From Vicugna vicugna (lineage: Eukaryota), in assembly GCA_013265495.1 (NCBI GenBank), contig MU058444.1, positions 2,728,001 to 2,792,000 of the forward strand: a stretch of 64,000 nucleotides of DNA, written 5' to 3'. The translations under genes and the position numbers were made by a program. Shown one piece after another: positions 62,861 through 64,000 of this stretch. How positions within the stretch are numbered: position 1 is the stretch's first letter; each line of letters opens with the position of its first letter. The notes beneath the pieces are model-generated. The model searched no databases, had not been told where the DNA came from, and was given only the letters and a program-made list of their open reading frames with translations.

Positions 62861-64000
62861 GGACCAACATGGCGAAGAGAAAAAGACCCTGAGCTCACCT
62901 CCTGTCAGGAGTGGACCAGAGTCATAACTATCTCCGGAGCAGCCAACCATGGAAAAAACTGGAACCTGTCAGAAAAGATCTTCTACAGCTAAAGACATGA
63001 AGGAACCACAAGGAGACAATAGGAGGGGCGGACACATGATATAATTAAATCCCATACACCCCGGGTGGGTGACCCACACGCTGGAGAATAATTACATTGC
63101 AGAGGCCCTCCCATAGAAGTGAGGGTTCTGAGCCCCACGCCATGCTCCCAGCCCGGGGGTCTGGCACCAAGAAGACGAGGTCCCAGAGCATTTGGCTTTG
63201 AAGGCCAGTGGGGCTTAATTGCAGGAGCCCCAAAGGACTGGGGGAAATAGGGACTTCACTCTTAAATGGAGCACACAAAATCTCACTCGTACCAGAACAC
63301 AGGGCAAAAGAAGTAATTTGATAGAAACGTGGGCCAGACCTACCTGCTGGTCTTGGAGAGTCTCCTGGAGAGGTGGGGGACAACTGCGGCTCATCCTGGT
63401 GACAGTCACCAGTGGAAGACATATTGGGGAGCATTCAGCTATGTGAACACTGCTGCTGTGGTGGCTGCCATCTTGGCTCATTGGCTCCAAGACCTGGCTT
63501 TGCCCAACAGCCTGTGGGCAACAGTGCCAAGACACATGAGGCCAAACACCTATCTGGGTGAGGACACAGCCCAACCCTTCAGCAGACAGGCTGCCCCAAA
63601 ATAAAGAGCCCATGGCCACCTCTAGACGCAGCCCAGCCCACCAGAGGACCAACACCCAGCTCTGTGCACTAGTGGGCAGGCCCCAGCCCCTCCCACTGGA
63701 AACCAGACCGAGCCTCCAGACCAGCCTCATCTACCAGAGGCAGACACCGGAAGCAGGAAAACTGCCATCCTGCAGCACAGACCAGACCCTACCCTGGGAC
63801 CAGCTGGGCCTGGCCCAGCCCACGAGCAGACCAACGCAGCCTTCAGGACAACCCAGGGCCTCAGGAAGTGACCCCCACCTCCTCCAATGATCTAAAACAA
63901 ACTCTGGGGTCCCTAGGCCCTGCAGCCAGACTCCAGGAACCAGATCTGCCTGCCAGGATTCCGGCACTAACCGCAGGATCTGGCTTACCTGCTAGTGAGT
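62861..64000 (+). mobile_element. LINE-1 5'UTR (internal promoter region) of an older, probably full-length element continuing past the window
   Basis: Starts with a YY1-type CAACATGGCG (62865-62874), then gaccctgagctcacctcct...gggtgggtgacccaca...gagggttctgagccccac...agcatttggctttgaaggccag, typical of cetartiodactyl L1 5'UTRs. Confidence 0.75.

Noticed and set aside
63045..63967. Minus-strand ORFs of 78-171 aa in the L1 5'UTR (ORF0-like?)
   Set aside because: ORF0 is described for primate L1. These have no recognisable similarity and fit GC-rich chance ORFs.

Overview
Eutherian mammalian genomic DNA, most likely a camelid. That inference rests on four copies of a ~150-bp tRNA-Ala-derived SINE resembling vic-1, alongside a recently active L1 family. 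I found no host protein-coding exon, tRNA/rRNA gene or CRISPR array. T/G skew on the + strand and mostly antisense L1 copies suggest a long intron of an unidentified + strand gene. The only substantial ORF is a 797-aa, stop-free, endonuclease-less L1 ORF2 (RT plus CCHC). It lies in a young L1 with a perfect 17-bp TSD that inserted into a MER58A transposon, which supplies an in-frame ATG. The window also holds a twin-primed 5'-inverted L1, an L1 5'UTR running off the right edge, many old L1/L2/MIR/LTR/DNA-transposon relics, a palindromic GC-rich minisatellite, a multi-branched hairpin at ~34.2 kb, several enhancer-like repeat-free blocks and a 482-N gap. Repeat families were recognised by eye from remembered consensus sequences, so old-repeat boundaries are approximate.
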